A stretch of DNA of 64,000 bases, taken from NCBI RefSeq assembly GCF_963853765.1, contig NC_088854.1, positions 57,846,001-57,910,000 on the forward strand. Reading direction: 5' to 3'. Each line of letters starts with the position of its first letter. Positions within the stretch are counted from its first letter, which is position 1. The DNA is from Magallana gigas. Taxonomy: Eukaryota. A program made the translations under genes and the position numbers. Shown piece after piece: positions 18,328 through 30,100 of this stretch. The notes under the pieces were generated by a model that searched no databases, was not told the origin of the DNA, and worked only from the letters and a program-made list of their open reading frames with translations.

Positions 18328-21300
18328 ATGAGATTTTCATTACGATCCGTGTCGCATTGTGGCTGTCGAGTGGGAACACTCTCGTGTACAAGAGCGGTGA
18401 ATGATGGAGAGAACAAAGAAGTGGAAACCCCTCTGTGTACACTCTATACGAAAAAGGGTAAGCATTGTGTATAGAACTGGGGATATAAGTTCTGTAGTGT
18501 CCCGTTTGAAATAGTAAATGAATCATGTATTTGATTAATTGGTCACCTGAGTCGCACTGTGAAAAGAAATTGTGAATAAAAACAAATAATGTACTGGTTT
18601 TATACATACATGGTAAATGTAAAAATGCATCTAATACATGTAATATAATTGGGATTTTACTTATGTGTTAAAATTCCAAAAACTGTGCCAGATACATACC
18701 GGTACATGTTAATTGATGCTAAATTACATGTATTTTAATACTAAACTTTGATCTATTACTTTGTACGAACAACAAGATGTATATTTCCAAGTTTAATGCA
18801 GCAGGGACGTATATATTAATGGGATAGGCAAATCTCGCGAGTCTCGCCGAAATCATGCGGTACGTGATTTCTTAGGTAATTTTTAACTTCATATATCTAT
18901 AATGTTATCTGATATATTGTTATAAAAACTTAAACAAACTATCTTGAAATTATTCTAGAATTGTTATTTGTACTTTATAACCCTGATGATCTGATCATAA
19001 TTATGACAGAGTTCTCAAAACCCCGAGACCCATTTTTGCCCCATTTCCAAGAGTACGTAAAAATTGATGTTTATTTTCTTTATATCTAAATTAGTTTACT
19101 ACATGTGATTAAAAATGTATGAAAAAGCTATTCCTTTTAACAAGAGGAAATAAATAATCTAATGAAATATGAATATTTTACTGGGATAAAACAGAGTTTT
19201 AAAAACATGTCAAGATAGTTTGGGAAGTATCGGTAAACATGGTGAATGTAGAAGTTGCCTATCCCATTAGTATATACGTCCCTTGTTACAGGTATTACTT
19301 CATCTTTATTTTATCCTTTTAGGCAGTGCTCCATATCTTTCAGTTGACATGCTGAAAAGAATTGAAAAATTACCTCACATTGCAAACATGCATTTATCTT
19401 CTCTGTGAGTTATGTTAATATTTTATTACTAGTAATATCTTAAAATTGTTTGCCTCTCCTAATTGAAAGTACCGGTGATCAACTCTTATTTTTGTGATTT
19501 TTTTCATATTATTGAATAGCCATATTGACTCCAATAAGACATTTCCTTTTAGGGCAGATTATACAGAAGCTTTAAATAAGTTCCAGCATGGTGTTGGCCA
19601 GTTTACAGCATTGCAGGTATTCCTTGTTCAGAATTTAAACATTTGTATTCATATTTTACTGTTTGTAAATTCCTGGCTTCTTGTTTCACAGGATTTTTTG
19701 GTGTACATCTCTGTACATGACACAGGTATAGAGATCCCCTCCGGATACAACACAAAGGCAGGCACAGCTGTCTGGAACAAAGCTGGCAAGAAACTGGTCA
19801 GTAAACATAAATAATTTGTTATTGATATGCTCCCTTATAGTAAATCAGATCAAACAGTATATTCTCTGGTAGAAACTGGTCAATGAAACTGATCTGAGTT
19901 CTTAATATTCTCCCCTTTAGAAACTAGTTGTGTGATGCTATCAAGACATGTATATGGTAGTCCCCGATACTTGTTGTAGATATCTTCTCTATTCTCATCA
20001 TGTGACACCAAGTTCGATATTTCAAGAAATTTTGGATATTCTTATGCATAAAGATTTCATATTCTACATGGCATTAAAATGCAAGTGAATTTTGTAGATA
20101 GAGCCCCAGCAGTTTGTGAAATGTCAGGAGGCCTTCCGTCCCACTTTCTACCAAGCCCTGTCTGACAGTGACACTGACAAGAATTCTGGGAAGAAGCGTG
20201 CAATGAAAGCTGTGGACCGGACACTTGACTTCCTGGACACGATACTAGAATTACATAAAAAGTCAGAGGTGAGACACGACAAAAATTCAATCAGTCCTTG
20301 CTTTCTTTCTTTATTTCCTCCCAAAGGAGATTATCATAACATATTTACAAAAATACAAACATATAGACAATTGTAGAGAAAACGATATAATATAGGTCTA
20401 CTATGACATTTGCTTTTCAACATTGGTAATGGGGCCTATTTAAAATCTTGTATAAATGTAAAAAATGTCCCTAAATTGAGATATAAGAGCTCTGTAATAT
20501 TAAAATAAAGTCTAAAGGGAGATTTCAAATTTCTATGAAAAGTCTTTGGCAATGCTAAGTTTGAGGAGCTATGATTAGATGCTGGAGCTCCATTAAGTGT
20601 TTCAGCTTAGATCCTTTAAATGTTTGAGATGAGATACTGAAGCTCCATTAAATGTTTGAGCTGAGATACTGAAGCTCCATGAAATGTTTGAGATGAGATA
20701 CTGAAGCTTCATGCAATATTTGAGATGAGATATTGAAGCTCCATGAAATGTTTGAGATGAGATACTGAAGCTCCATGAAATGTTTGAGCTGAGATACTGA
20801 AGCTCCATGAAATGTTTGAGATAAAATACTGAAGCTCCGTGAAATGTTTAAGATGAGATACTGAAGCTCCACGAAATCTTTGAGATGAGATAATAGATCT
20901 CCATGAAATGTTTGAGATGAGATACTGAAGCTCCATGAAATGTTTGAGCTGAAATACTGAAGCTCCGTGAAATGTTTAAGATGAGATACTGAAGCTCCAT
21001 GAAATCTTTGAGATGAGATACTAGAGCTCCATGAAATGTTTGAGCTTAGGTATTAGAGCTCCATGTAATGTTTGAGATGAGATACAAGGGCTCCATGAAA
21101 TGTTTGAGATGAGATACTAGAGCTCCATGTAATGTTTGAGATGAGATACTGAAGCTCCATGTAATGTTTGAAATGAGATACCGAAGCTCCCTGTAAAGTT
21201 TGAGATGAGATACCAAAGCTCCATGTAATGTTTGAGATGAGATACTGAAGCTCCATGTAATGCTTGAAATGAGATACCAAAGCTCCCTGTAATGTTTGAG

Positions 21301-24300
21301 ATGAGATACCAAAGCTCCCTGTAATGTTTGAGATGAGATACTAGAGCTCCATGAAATTTTTTAGCTTAGGTATTAGAGTTCCTTGAAATGTTTGATATGA
21401 GATACATGTACTAGAGCTTTATGAAATGTTTGAGCTGAGATATTAAAGTTTATTGAATTGTTTTAGCTGAGATACCAAAGCTTTATTAAAAGTTTGAGCT
21501 GAGATATACTAGAGTTTTATGATTTGTTTTGGTGATCAACAACTTCTGTTTCCCGGTACATGGCTATTCTGTAATCTTCACCTGGGTCTTGTTTTGTAGA
21601 GACTGCGAGATGTGGGTGTGTTTGGTTCTGTGGAGGGGGGATTCCATGAGGAGGCAAGAATGAGGTCGGCCAGGGAAACAGCTGCAAGGAATGTTGATGG
21701 TGAGCAAATACCATAGGCCATGCTAGAGTTACCTCCCTTACAGCATCTCAAATTATTCTCCATTTACTGTTAAAATTTACAGCCTGAGTGAACTTTTTTT
21801 TTTAGGATTTGTGATAGAAGGTTTTTATGCACAGAATGAGAAAAATAAACAAATAGATGTTGAAGAAATAAAAGATTTATGCAACAAAGTGTTTGTAAGT
21901 ATATATACTGTATATATTTGGCATATTTATAAAGAAGAAAAATATTAAAACTTCTTTTTCAGAACTATAAGTTGTGAGGTATTTTATCAAATATGTTTTT
22001 ATTTAAGAAAATTTTGCCGGAGGAAAAGCCACGACTTATGCACGCTGTTTGGTCACCTGATCAGGTTGTTATGGCGTTGGAGCTTGGCATTGATGTATTT
22101 GACAGCTGGTATCCTTAACACAAACGTCTGTGGATATCATCCATTAACATATTTATTCAATGTTTACAAACTCAACAGAAACAGTATCAGTGGTAATGTT
22201 TTTAACATCATTCAGGCAGCTTATGGGTTTCTCAGCATTTTCAGTTACCAGTATAAGGAGCTGGAAATGAATCCACCATTCTTGTTTATGGCTTTTCCAT
22301 GAGCTGACAAATGTAAGAAAAACCTTTGAAGCAAGGAGATGTGAAACTATAGGGCTTTCCCAAATGATATGGAAGTGAGTTCAAGAAACACTGGCTCAGC
22401 AGTCCTGCAGGTTTATTTTGTAAATAAACTGTCTGTTCATGTTAAGTAACCCCTGCTGGTGGAAATCGTATCTAATTCTTAGTGCTGATTTAATAGGTTA
22501 AAGAAACTTAAAATTCTAGCACTCTGAATTTACCATGCCCTGTAAAATTTCAAAAAAAGGGTTTTTTTTACATGATAATTTTCCTTGAAGTTTTTTTTGT
22601 ATTTCATATACCTTTACATTTATTTCCTATAAATAACTTTCTTTATTTTATTGTTTTGTTTTAGTCTTCCACTGAATAACATATACATGTATATGTGATT
22701 TTTTAAATTTTCATGCAGTACACTTATTACACCCTTTTGTACAATACACATGTAGCTTTGTTTTCCTTCATTGTCCAAGTTACCCATGGCTGGTCACAGA
22801 GAGGGGTGGGGCCCTAGTCTTCTCCTTCCAGTATCACAACAATTCGGAGAATGAAAGAGAGGCTAGGTCAACTGATGGGTTCGAAATCTCCTTGAAAGAT
22901 AAAAGGTATGGAACAGGTGTGTAAAGAGAGGCTGAAGTGTGTGAGGATTGGCGGATACTTCCATCTCTTTGTAGAGGGCTTCTTCACCGTACCATTCCTC
23001 AAGTGTGGAATCCGGAATCTCTCGGCCAGTAGATCTTTTTTAGTTCAAGAACAGGGTTTAAGAATTCATTTTAAATGTGTGTTCACAGCTGAAAAATATT
23101 TATAAACACACTCTGTATTTGTTATATATAAATATTTTACCTGTCAGTGATTACTTGTAAATAAATGTGGAGTGATGTGGGTGCTTAGATGCTGCCTTTT
23201 GAACACTGACATAATGTCTCTCTGGTCACTTTTCAGCATGTTTGAGGACTTCGGAGCCCCTGTACCTGGCTGCTCTTGTTACACCTGTCAGAATTTTACA
23301 CGGTCCTACATTCACCATCTCCTGAACACCTCAGAGCTCCTAGCTCCAGTCCTCCTTATGATGTGAGTCCATTACTTCCTCTAGGTGCAGTCTACAGTAG
23401 TAATACTGCTAGTACTTATAAACCAATACATCAATTTTGCCTCTTGTTGAATATACCTTAGTTAATTGCACTTTGGGGATTTTGAGGGGAGGAGGGGGCA
23501 TTTTTTTAATGGAATGCCGTGCAAGACTTTAGTGAATGTTGTCAGAAAATTTGGTCATGGTATGATGTGTGTAGATTAGAATTTGATCTGGTTAATTATC
23601 ACCATGTGCGGTGTTTAGGGGGTATTTAGGTCACTCTGCACATAAATACTTATGGATATACATACACGCCTCTTATAAAGTTTCAAGGTTATTCAACTCA
23701 GAAAAGAACCTGAAATTCTTTATGGGATTGTACTGCTTATATCAGTGAATTTGATGCCTCTTTACCCATGATATTTTTCAAATAAGAAAAGAACCTGTGG
23801 TATTTAAAAGAGTGTGGTAATTCCCGGTCTATGTTTATACTGGAGATAGTGTTCAGAACAAATTGAAAAGAATTTTTATGTCAAATTTGATTAAATTCAT
23901 TGTGAAAATGAAGTGAAATTTGATAAGAGAGTTAAGAGTGGCTTTGTAATGTATATAAAGATCAGATAAGATTTGAGGAGATAATCGTCAATAGAAAAAA
24001 AAGCTAAGGTAGATTTCTTTGACAAGAAAGGTGGTCTTGCACTGTACACACCTGAATGTATATACCTGTCCAGGTAGATGATGTCTCACCTGTATCAGCT
24101 GACACTCTGTCAATAGGCTCTCTTGTGTTATGCAGGGATATCAAAATTCAACACAAAACCAATCTCATCTTACTAGGTCATTCCTTACTGTCATTTGTTT
24201 AAAACAGATGAATGAAAATTGGTTTTGTGCATGCATTGATATTTTTTTTACCTCTTTTATTTTCCAGACACAATTTTCATCATTACTTCGAATTCTTTGA

Positions 24301-24391
24301 ATCCCTTCGCTCATCATTGAAGACTGACCAATTCCTGAAACTAAAGACATTGATTCTAGAACAAAGGCCATCACAAGAGCCACCAAAATGA
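18328..24391 (+). CDS. QTRT2: Queuine tRNA-ribosyltransferase accessory subunit 2 (QTRTD1), ~405 aa
   Basis: Exons: 18328-18457, 19323-19404, 19553-19616, 19692-19796, 20098-20268, 21600-21699, 21806-21894, 22008-22108, 22780-22905, 23237-23362, 24268-24391 (1218 nt, in frame). Motifs [71 protein letters not shown] and the zinc site [38 protein letters not shown] match QTRT2. Confidence 0.94.
18802..19285. mobile_element. ~480-bp MITE in QTRT2 intron 1
   Basis: 29-bp TIR with one mismatch: AGGGACGTATATATTAATGGGATAGGCAA (18803-18831) vs TTGCCTATCCCATTAGTATATACGTCCCT (19255-19283). The right end is also found at ~52810-52896. No clear TSD, so the superfamily is unassigned. Confidence 0.75.
20575..21515. 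repeat. Minisatellite, 32-bp unit GAGATGAGATACTGAAGCTCCATGAAATGTTT, ~29 copies, QTRT2 intron 5
   Basis: Direct reading of the tandem units, which are degenerate at both ends. Confidence 0.95.
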
Positions 24392-24693
24392 CACAGTTAC
24401 AGGCAGGATGGTGTGACAAAATGAGTGTGAGAAGCAGTCCTGGGACAGGATTCCTTGTGACACAATTATCACCCAGAGGGGCTACAAAATGGTGGGGGAT
24501 TATTCTGATTAGAGGGGAGGTCCCAGTAAATTACACCAGTTAGTTTTACATAAATCAGAAATTGCTGTTTTTAAATAAACACTGGAAAGGAATAAGTAAT
24601 GTTCCTTAGATAAAAAAAAAAAAATCAAACAAAACGACTTGTTTCAATCTTTTTCCCCTCAAATTTGTATTTAATTCTTTTTTTGTGGTTGAG

Positions 24694-24730
24694 GTGGGGG
24701 GGGGGGGGGGGGGGGAGAGAGAGAGAGAGA
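24694..24730. repeat. G homopolymer followed by (GA)n
   Basis: About 20 G followed by about 8 GA units. Confidence 0.9.
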
Positions 24731-27116
24731 GCACGGAATGGGCTTCCTGCCTCCAGAAGGTATGCATGGTGAAAGTTTACGTGATTTCTGATTCCTGCAA
24801 GAGGGCAGTGTTTTGAGAAATTCCAAATTCCTCGATCCTCCTGATCACGGGGGATGTACGGAGTCTCCATACCTGTACCAATTGCAGGTTCACGTAATGC
24901 AACATTATATTGAATTATGTAATCATGCTTACAACCAAGAGACATATTTCACTGGTATTAATTAGCGATCGAGAATTCTACCCGGTTCTTCCAGCACGAT
25001 TCGTTAATTAAAACGTAAGGGAAGCCCCTGATGTTGACTAGGGACAGACACTGCCGTAGCTCAGGGTGACATGATATTGAGTCGCTCTGTCGTATCTCTC
25101 CGTCTGGACCGCACGTGTTTTCCACTATGGAGGTTTACAGTACAGACAAAATGAAAGTCGCATTTTTTATCGCGGTGTCAAATAACTCCGTAAACCCCTC
25201 CGCGCTGTTATGGGCACGATCTGATGCCGACTCAAACATGTTGTGTAAATGTTTGAGGACGGCATTGGGGGAGATTTGTACATGAAACTAATTCTTAAGG
25301 CTTTCTTTGACAATTAAAAACGGTAAATAATTGGTCCTTGACAACCATTGAAATCAATTTCCTATAGTTTGTCTTTTCTGCAGAAACTTTTACCTCTTGC
25401 ATTAAATGTCAGAATTTGTCAACTGATCGGGATTAACTATTTGCTTTGGGCATGTTAAGTTCCAGAGAGACCACCCCACTAAGGGCGAGCTATTCCAAAC
25501 CTGCTGACAATGCGAATCTGGCGATTGAATTAAATACTTTTTGACACTGTAATGTTTCACAATTGATAGGGAAGTGAAGACATAGGCTATATTTAAATGG
25601 TAACTTACACTGCTATGTTTAAGCAGAGGACATAAATATGTAATGGGGCAGGTGAAGCACCTGTAAATCCGGAGAATGTTACCCCTAGAGGCCCGCGGGG
25701 TCGTTTGTCTGGGCCGTGTCTGACGCGGCGGATGCGAGAGTATGAAGATGGTTGATCAAAGTAGATTGCTGATTGACCTTCTACCGCTTATTGAATGTAC
25801 CCATGTTCAACGTGGTCTTTGCAACATGCAAGTTTAAATTGGGGTGGGGGTGGGGGGGGGGGGCAGGGGGTAGGCACGTTAGTAAATTTCATCATCTAAA
25901 TACTAATCGGACACTTGGCGATCCCAGAGACCCCATCAAGAAAGCGCCTGAAGACTTTTTTTGTATGTAGCTCATGGTTAATTAATGTGAAAACCCATTC
26001 AATTCCAACCGCAGGTTGAACTGGCAACAGAGAGTTTGCGGTATAACCACCCCCTCAAACAATATATCGGCAGCCGATGAGGATGCCTTTGGGTTTACCA
26101 GGCGGGGCGAGGGTGGGGTGGATGACGGAAACAGGAAATTGACCCAAGGGCATTTAATTGTCACTAGTGGCATCGATTGTGTGCAAGATTATCAATTGTT
26201 GTGATCCTGTTAGAATTTGCTGGTTAGTTAACAAAGTCTACAGAGAAGTCTGAGAACGCTAATTACAGCTAGTCGGCAAACCACAGGTAGCCCGGGTCAG
26301 GGCTGCGGTTTCTGTGGCCGAGGTGTCAGAACAGCTCAAACTTTCTGTCAATGTCGATTAGTAATGCGCTAAAATCAATGTCTGTCGCCACGGACAAAAA
26401 ATGAAGAAATTAGGTTCCCATCGCCCTGGAAACTGTTTTCTGTAAACAATCACTAGGTTAGGCTGCTGAGATAGGATCTTATCGGTCCATCAGAAACCCG
26501 GTACTTGTAGGACGCTGATGATATAAACTCGGGAGAAGGGACGCGGAAGCCAGTGCCCCCTTTCTCCCGTATCAGCCTCAGTGGTTGTAAAATGTTGTGT
26601 GGCAATAACTTGATGGCCCTCAACGGAACACGGCCTCCCCTCTCCCCATTCTGATGATATTTTCATTAAACGCGATAGCAATTTATCAGAATCAATATTT
26701 TTAGATAAGCTGAAACGTTGTCCGCATAAAACATAAAATTCAAGGATCCGATTTTTCTCCTTCCTTCGAACTGCTGTTTGATTTTTGTGGTCTTTTATCG
26801 GTGAACTGATGCGGCGATGACGAGCAAGGTTAACAAATATTCACAGAGAGATAACCGTTCTTATGCCGAACTCTCCACGTCTTGGCCAATGTAACAGCTG
26901 TCAAAATTCAACTTTATGACTTTTCAAACATCTTTTGATATGATCACTTCTTTCCACATGGCTTAAATGCTTGGAAAAAAAAACCCGACTTGGCAGAGTT
27001 TCATTCACACACTTTCTTGCGTGTGAAAAATTTTAACAATTGATATAACGCCATCTCTTTTTATCCTTTTATTGTTTTTGACAATTACTTAATGTTTCTC
27101 CGAGTTATATCTGATA

Positions 27117-27118
<2 letters not shown>

Positions 27119-27170
<52 letters not shown>
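27119..27170. repeat. (TC)26 microsatellite
   Basis: Perfect dinucleotide run. Confidence 0.98.
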
Positions 27171-27172
<2 letters not shown>

Positions 27173-30100
27173 CTTTTCAGGAATCCCATTCATGCCGATA
27201 GGAATGATGTGCTCTTTGTATCTGTTTTCTCCATTCATTCGGTATACCCTTGACTGCAGTGTATATATGTGCATTCTGCTAGCAGCGCGGTTATTTCTCA
27301 CGCAACATTATCTGTTTTCACTGAGAAAGTGCTTATCGTTTAACAGCATTTCCGGACAGTTGTTCAGCGCTTCCCACTCTAACACTTACATTTCCCGCCC
27401 TTTCCTCTTGGAAAAACCAAAAAATTTTCAAACTGGTACTTGCAGTAAAATATTCACTTGAAATAACATTACTTTTACATTACTCGGCAAAAGATACTGG
27501 TTGTGCAAATCAAAACGAATTACAGTTTCTTCGTCTTCTATGAAATAGAAACACCAAGAAAAGAGATTACTGACATTTCGCCACACCGTGCATGTAATTT
27601 CAGTTTGTGTCCCCCCCCCCCCCTAAAAGTTTGATAACACTTGTATTTTTTTCAAGAAAAAATGTTCAGACGCAGTAAATTACAAAAATCTAGTCGAAGT
27701 TATCACTCAAAACTACATGTGTGGTAATATAATACTCTGAGTGACATTTTAATTTTTCGCTGAAATTATGTATCATAATACAAATCTTCAAGGAGTTTTT
27801 CAAAGTTTATGTGAAACGGCAAGACCACATGAACATTTAATGACACCGCGCTCTGAATGAGAAATGCAAAAAGGTGTTTAAAACCATTATTCCAAGCACA
27901 GTGCGTGAGGAGGAAGCATAGTCGAGCACACAAATTGCTGAAAATCGAAGTCAAACTAATGTTGACATTCGTCTTCTTGTTGTTACAAATCGATTTAAAG
28001 TTTAATTGTACGCAACCAGGGGATGTACTTCAAAAAAGCGGTAATTGGAAAATGAGTTAGCGTTTGATTTTATGATTGTTTTTCCCAGATTCTGTGTCAA
28101 GATTTTATTTCTTTTTACTTAATCTATAGCAGTTTTACTGAGATCATGCCGCAAATCAAACACACAATTGGATTTTTGTGAGTTTTATTTTACTGGAGGA
28201 ACAGATATGCTAAGATTTCTGACCGTGGGAATGGAGGTTCGGATGATTTCGATGGGAAACGTTTATGAAATATCATCTAATTCGAGCTTTGCCACTGCCA
28301 ATTTTCATTATCGACAAGTAACCGGGGCACTTGTTTCCTTTTACAGTCATTTTCAATTAAACTGATCACAAATGAACGATTTGAGTCGAAACTCTATTTT
28401 TGGAGAATGGCGAAGTCCGAGCGCTCTAAAACCCGGATCAGCACGCGCAACACTTTCCGAATTGTTTCCATTCATTGCTGACAGGTCGCTCGTGCAGATT
28501 GAAATCTAGTCACCTGTATTCATCATTAATGTCAAAAAGACGCGATATGGGCTGCTGTTGCATCGTCTATATTCGGCTGGAAACAAAGACTGATGCAGAG
28601 AAGGTCCAATCATTTGATACTTCTTAATGAATGAAGTGAAAAGCGCCGGATTTGATCACAATTAAATGTTGAACCCATTGACTCGTGGCACGCGCAGGCC
28701 AGCAATATTAATGTAAAAGCATACAGTTGTCTCAAACAAAGGGCTGTTGAAACTGTTGAGAATAAATCAGATGACGATCTGGCATGGCCTTAAATTAGAA
28801 CTGCATGAAAGCCTGCTCCGTTATTGATTTTGTTTGAAAATAATTATTATTCCTAAAATATGATTTGGGCATTTATTGCCATTTTGGTATTTTATGCCCT
28901 TTAATGTAAATGACCGAGCGTCTACTTTACCATTGGTTAGAGCAATTCATTTAAAATTTCTGACCTCGATTTCCCCTATAAACTTGACTTGGTCATTGGT
29001 CGTTCCGTATAAAGCTCGGTTTCGAATAATATTATATTTTACCATGCTTCATGCAAAAATGCTTTTCGCTTATTATATCAATGAAAATGTATCTTGACAT
29101 TTGACAAAAGACCTTTCTGCCATTGCGTTCATTATTCTGTATTTTTCTGTTAATCTTTGTTTTAATTAATGGAACAGTTTAGGTACTTTATATTACTTTA
29201 AAATGGATAAGGACAAGATTCCAAAAAAATACATCCCCAAAAGACTTTCACTATTTGAAAAGGTATCAATTTTTCACCATACATGTAATAAATCTGAATG
29301 AAGATTTCCTGAAATTACCATGTACCCACAAGGCGGACTTTCATGATCTTTCGACACATCAGTCGTTTTCTTTGTAAACATGAAAAGCAAACTAAAGTAT
29401 TAGCAGTGGAAGATGCTTATGTCCTTTACAAAAATTTAGATTTTTGGGAATCAAAATTTGTCATATTGCAGATATTATTTGAAAAATAATATATGTCAGA
29501 AAGGACACTTACATATTTGATGCAAACTAATACGTGTATCCGTAAATTAGGTGCATATTTAGAGGTGTAAAACTGTCCTACAGTACTTTAATATTGATAA
29601 TTTTATAAACTGGAAACGTAACCTATGCATTGTTCCCGCCAAAACATTTATCGCAAATTCATTGAATAAAAATTTTAAACATATTTATATCAAGACTTTC
29701 TGTATTTCACAGACATAGAGTCGCTGAGAATTTGATCAGAACAATACACTGGCAAACGGCTTTTCACTCAATAAACATCGATTAAATAATTCTATTTTCA
29801 CGACAAACAAGAAACGGAAAGTGCTATTTATAACCAGGATCACAAACTGACACTAATTAACGCTAAAATAATCGCCACTCGCTCCGGGGGTGTCAACGAG
29901 TGCCACCAAAGCCTGAAACTGCTGTATCTGGGATAAGATTTGTCACTGGTCATCGCTCATCGTCGCTAGCAGTTTCATTATCGACATCTTGCAGGTCATG
30001 CTAATCACCCAAACTAATCAACCCCGACACTTTCTCACGCTGCTTGAGGAATATTGGACTCTCGCGGGGAAATCAATTTATAGACGCAGTCGCTCGTAAT

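Noticed and set aside
20602-21312. Repetitive ORFs ([19 protein letters not shown]...)
   Set aside because: Products of the 32-bp minisatellite; the unit is not a multiple of 3 and lies antisense within a QTRT2 intron.
25053-25070. tRNA A-box-like GCCGTAGCTCAGGGTG
   Set aside because: No B box or cloverleaf downstream.
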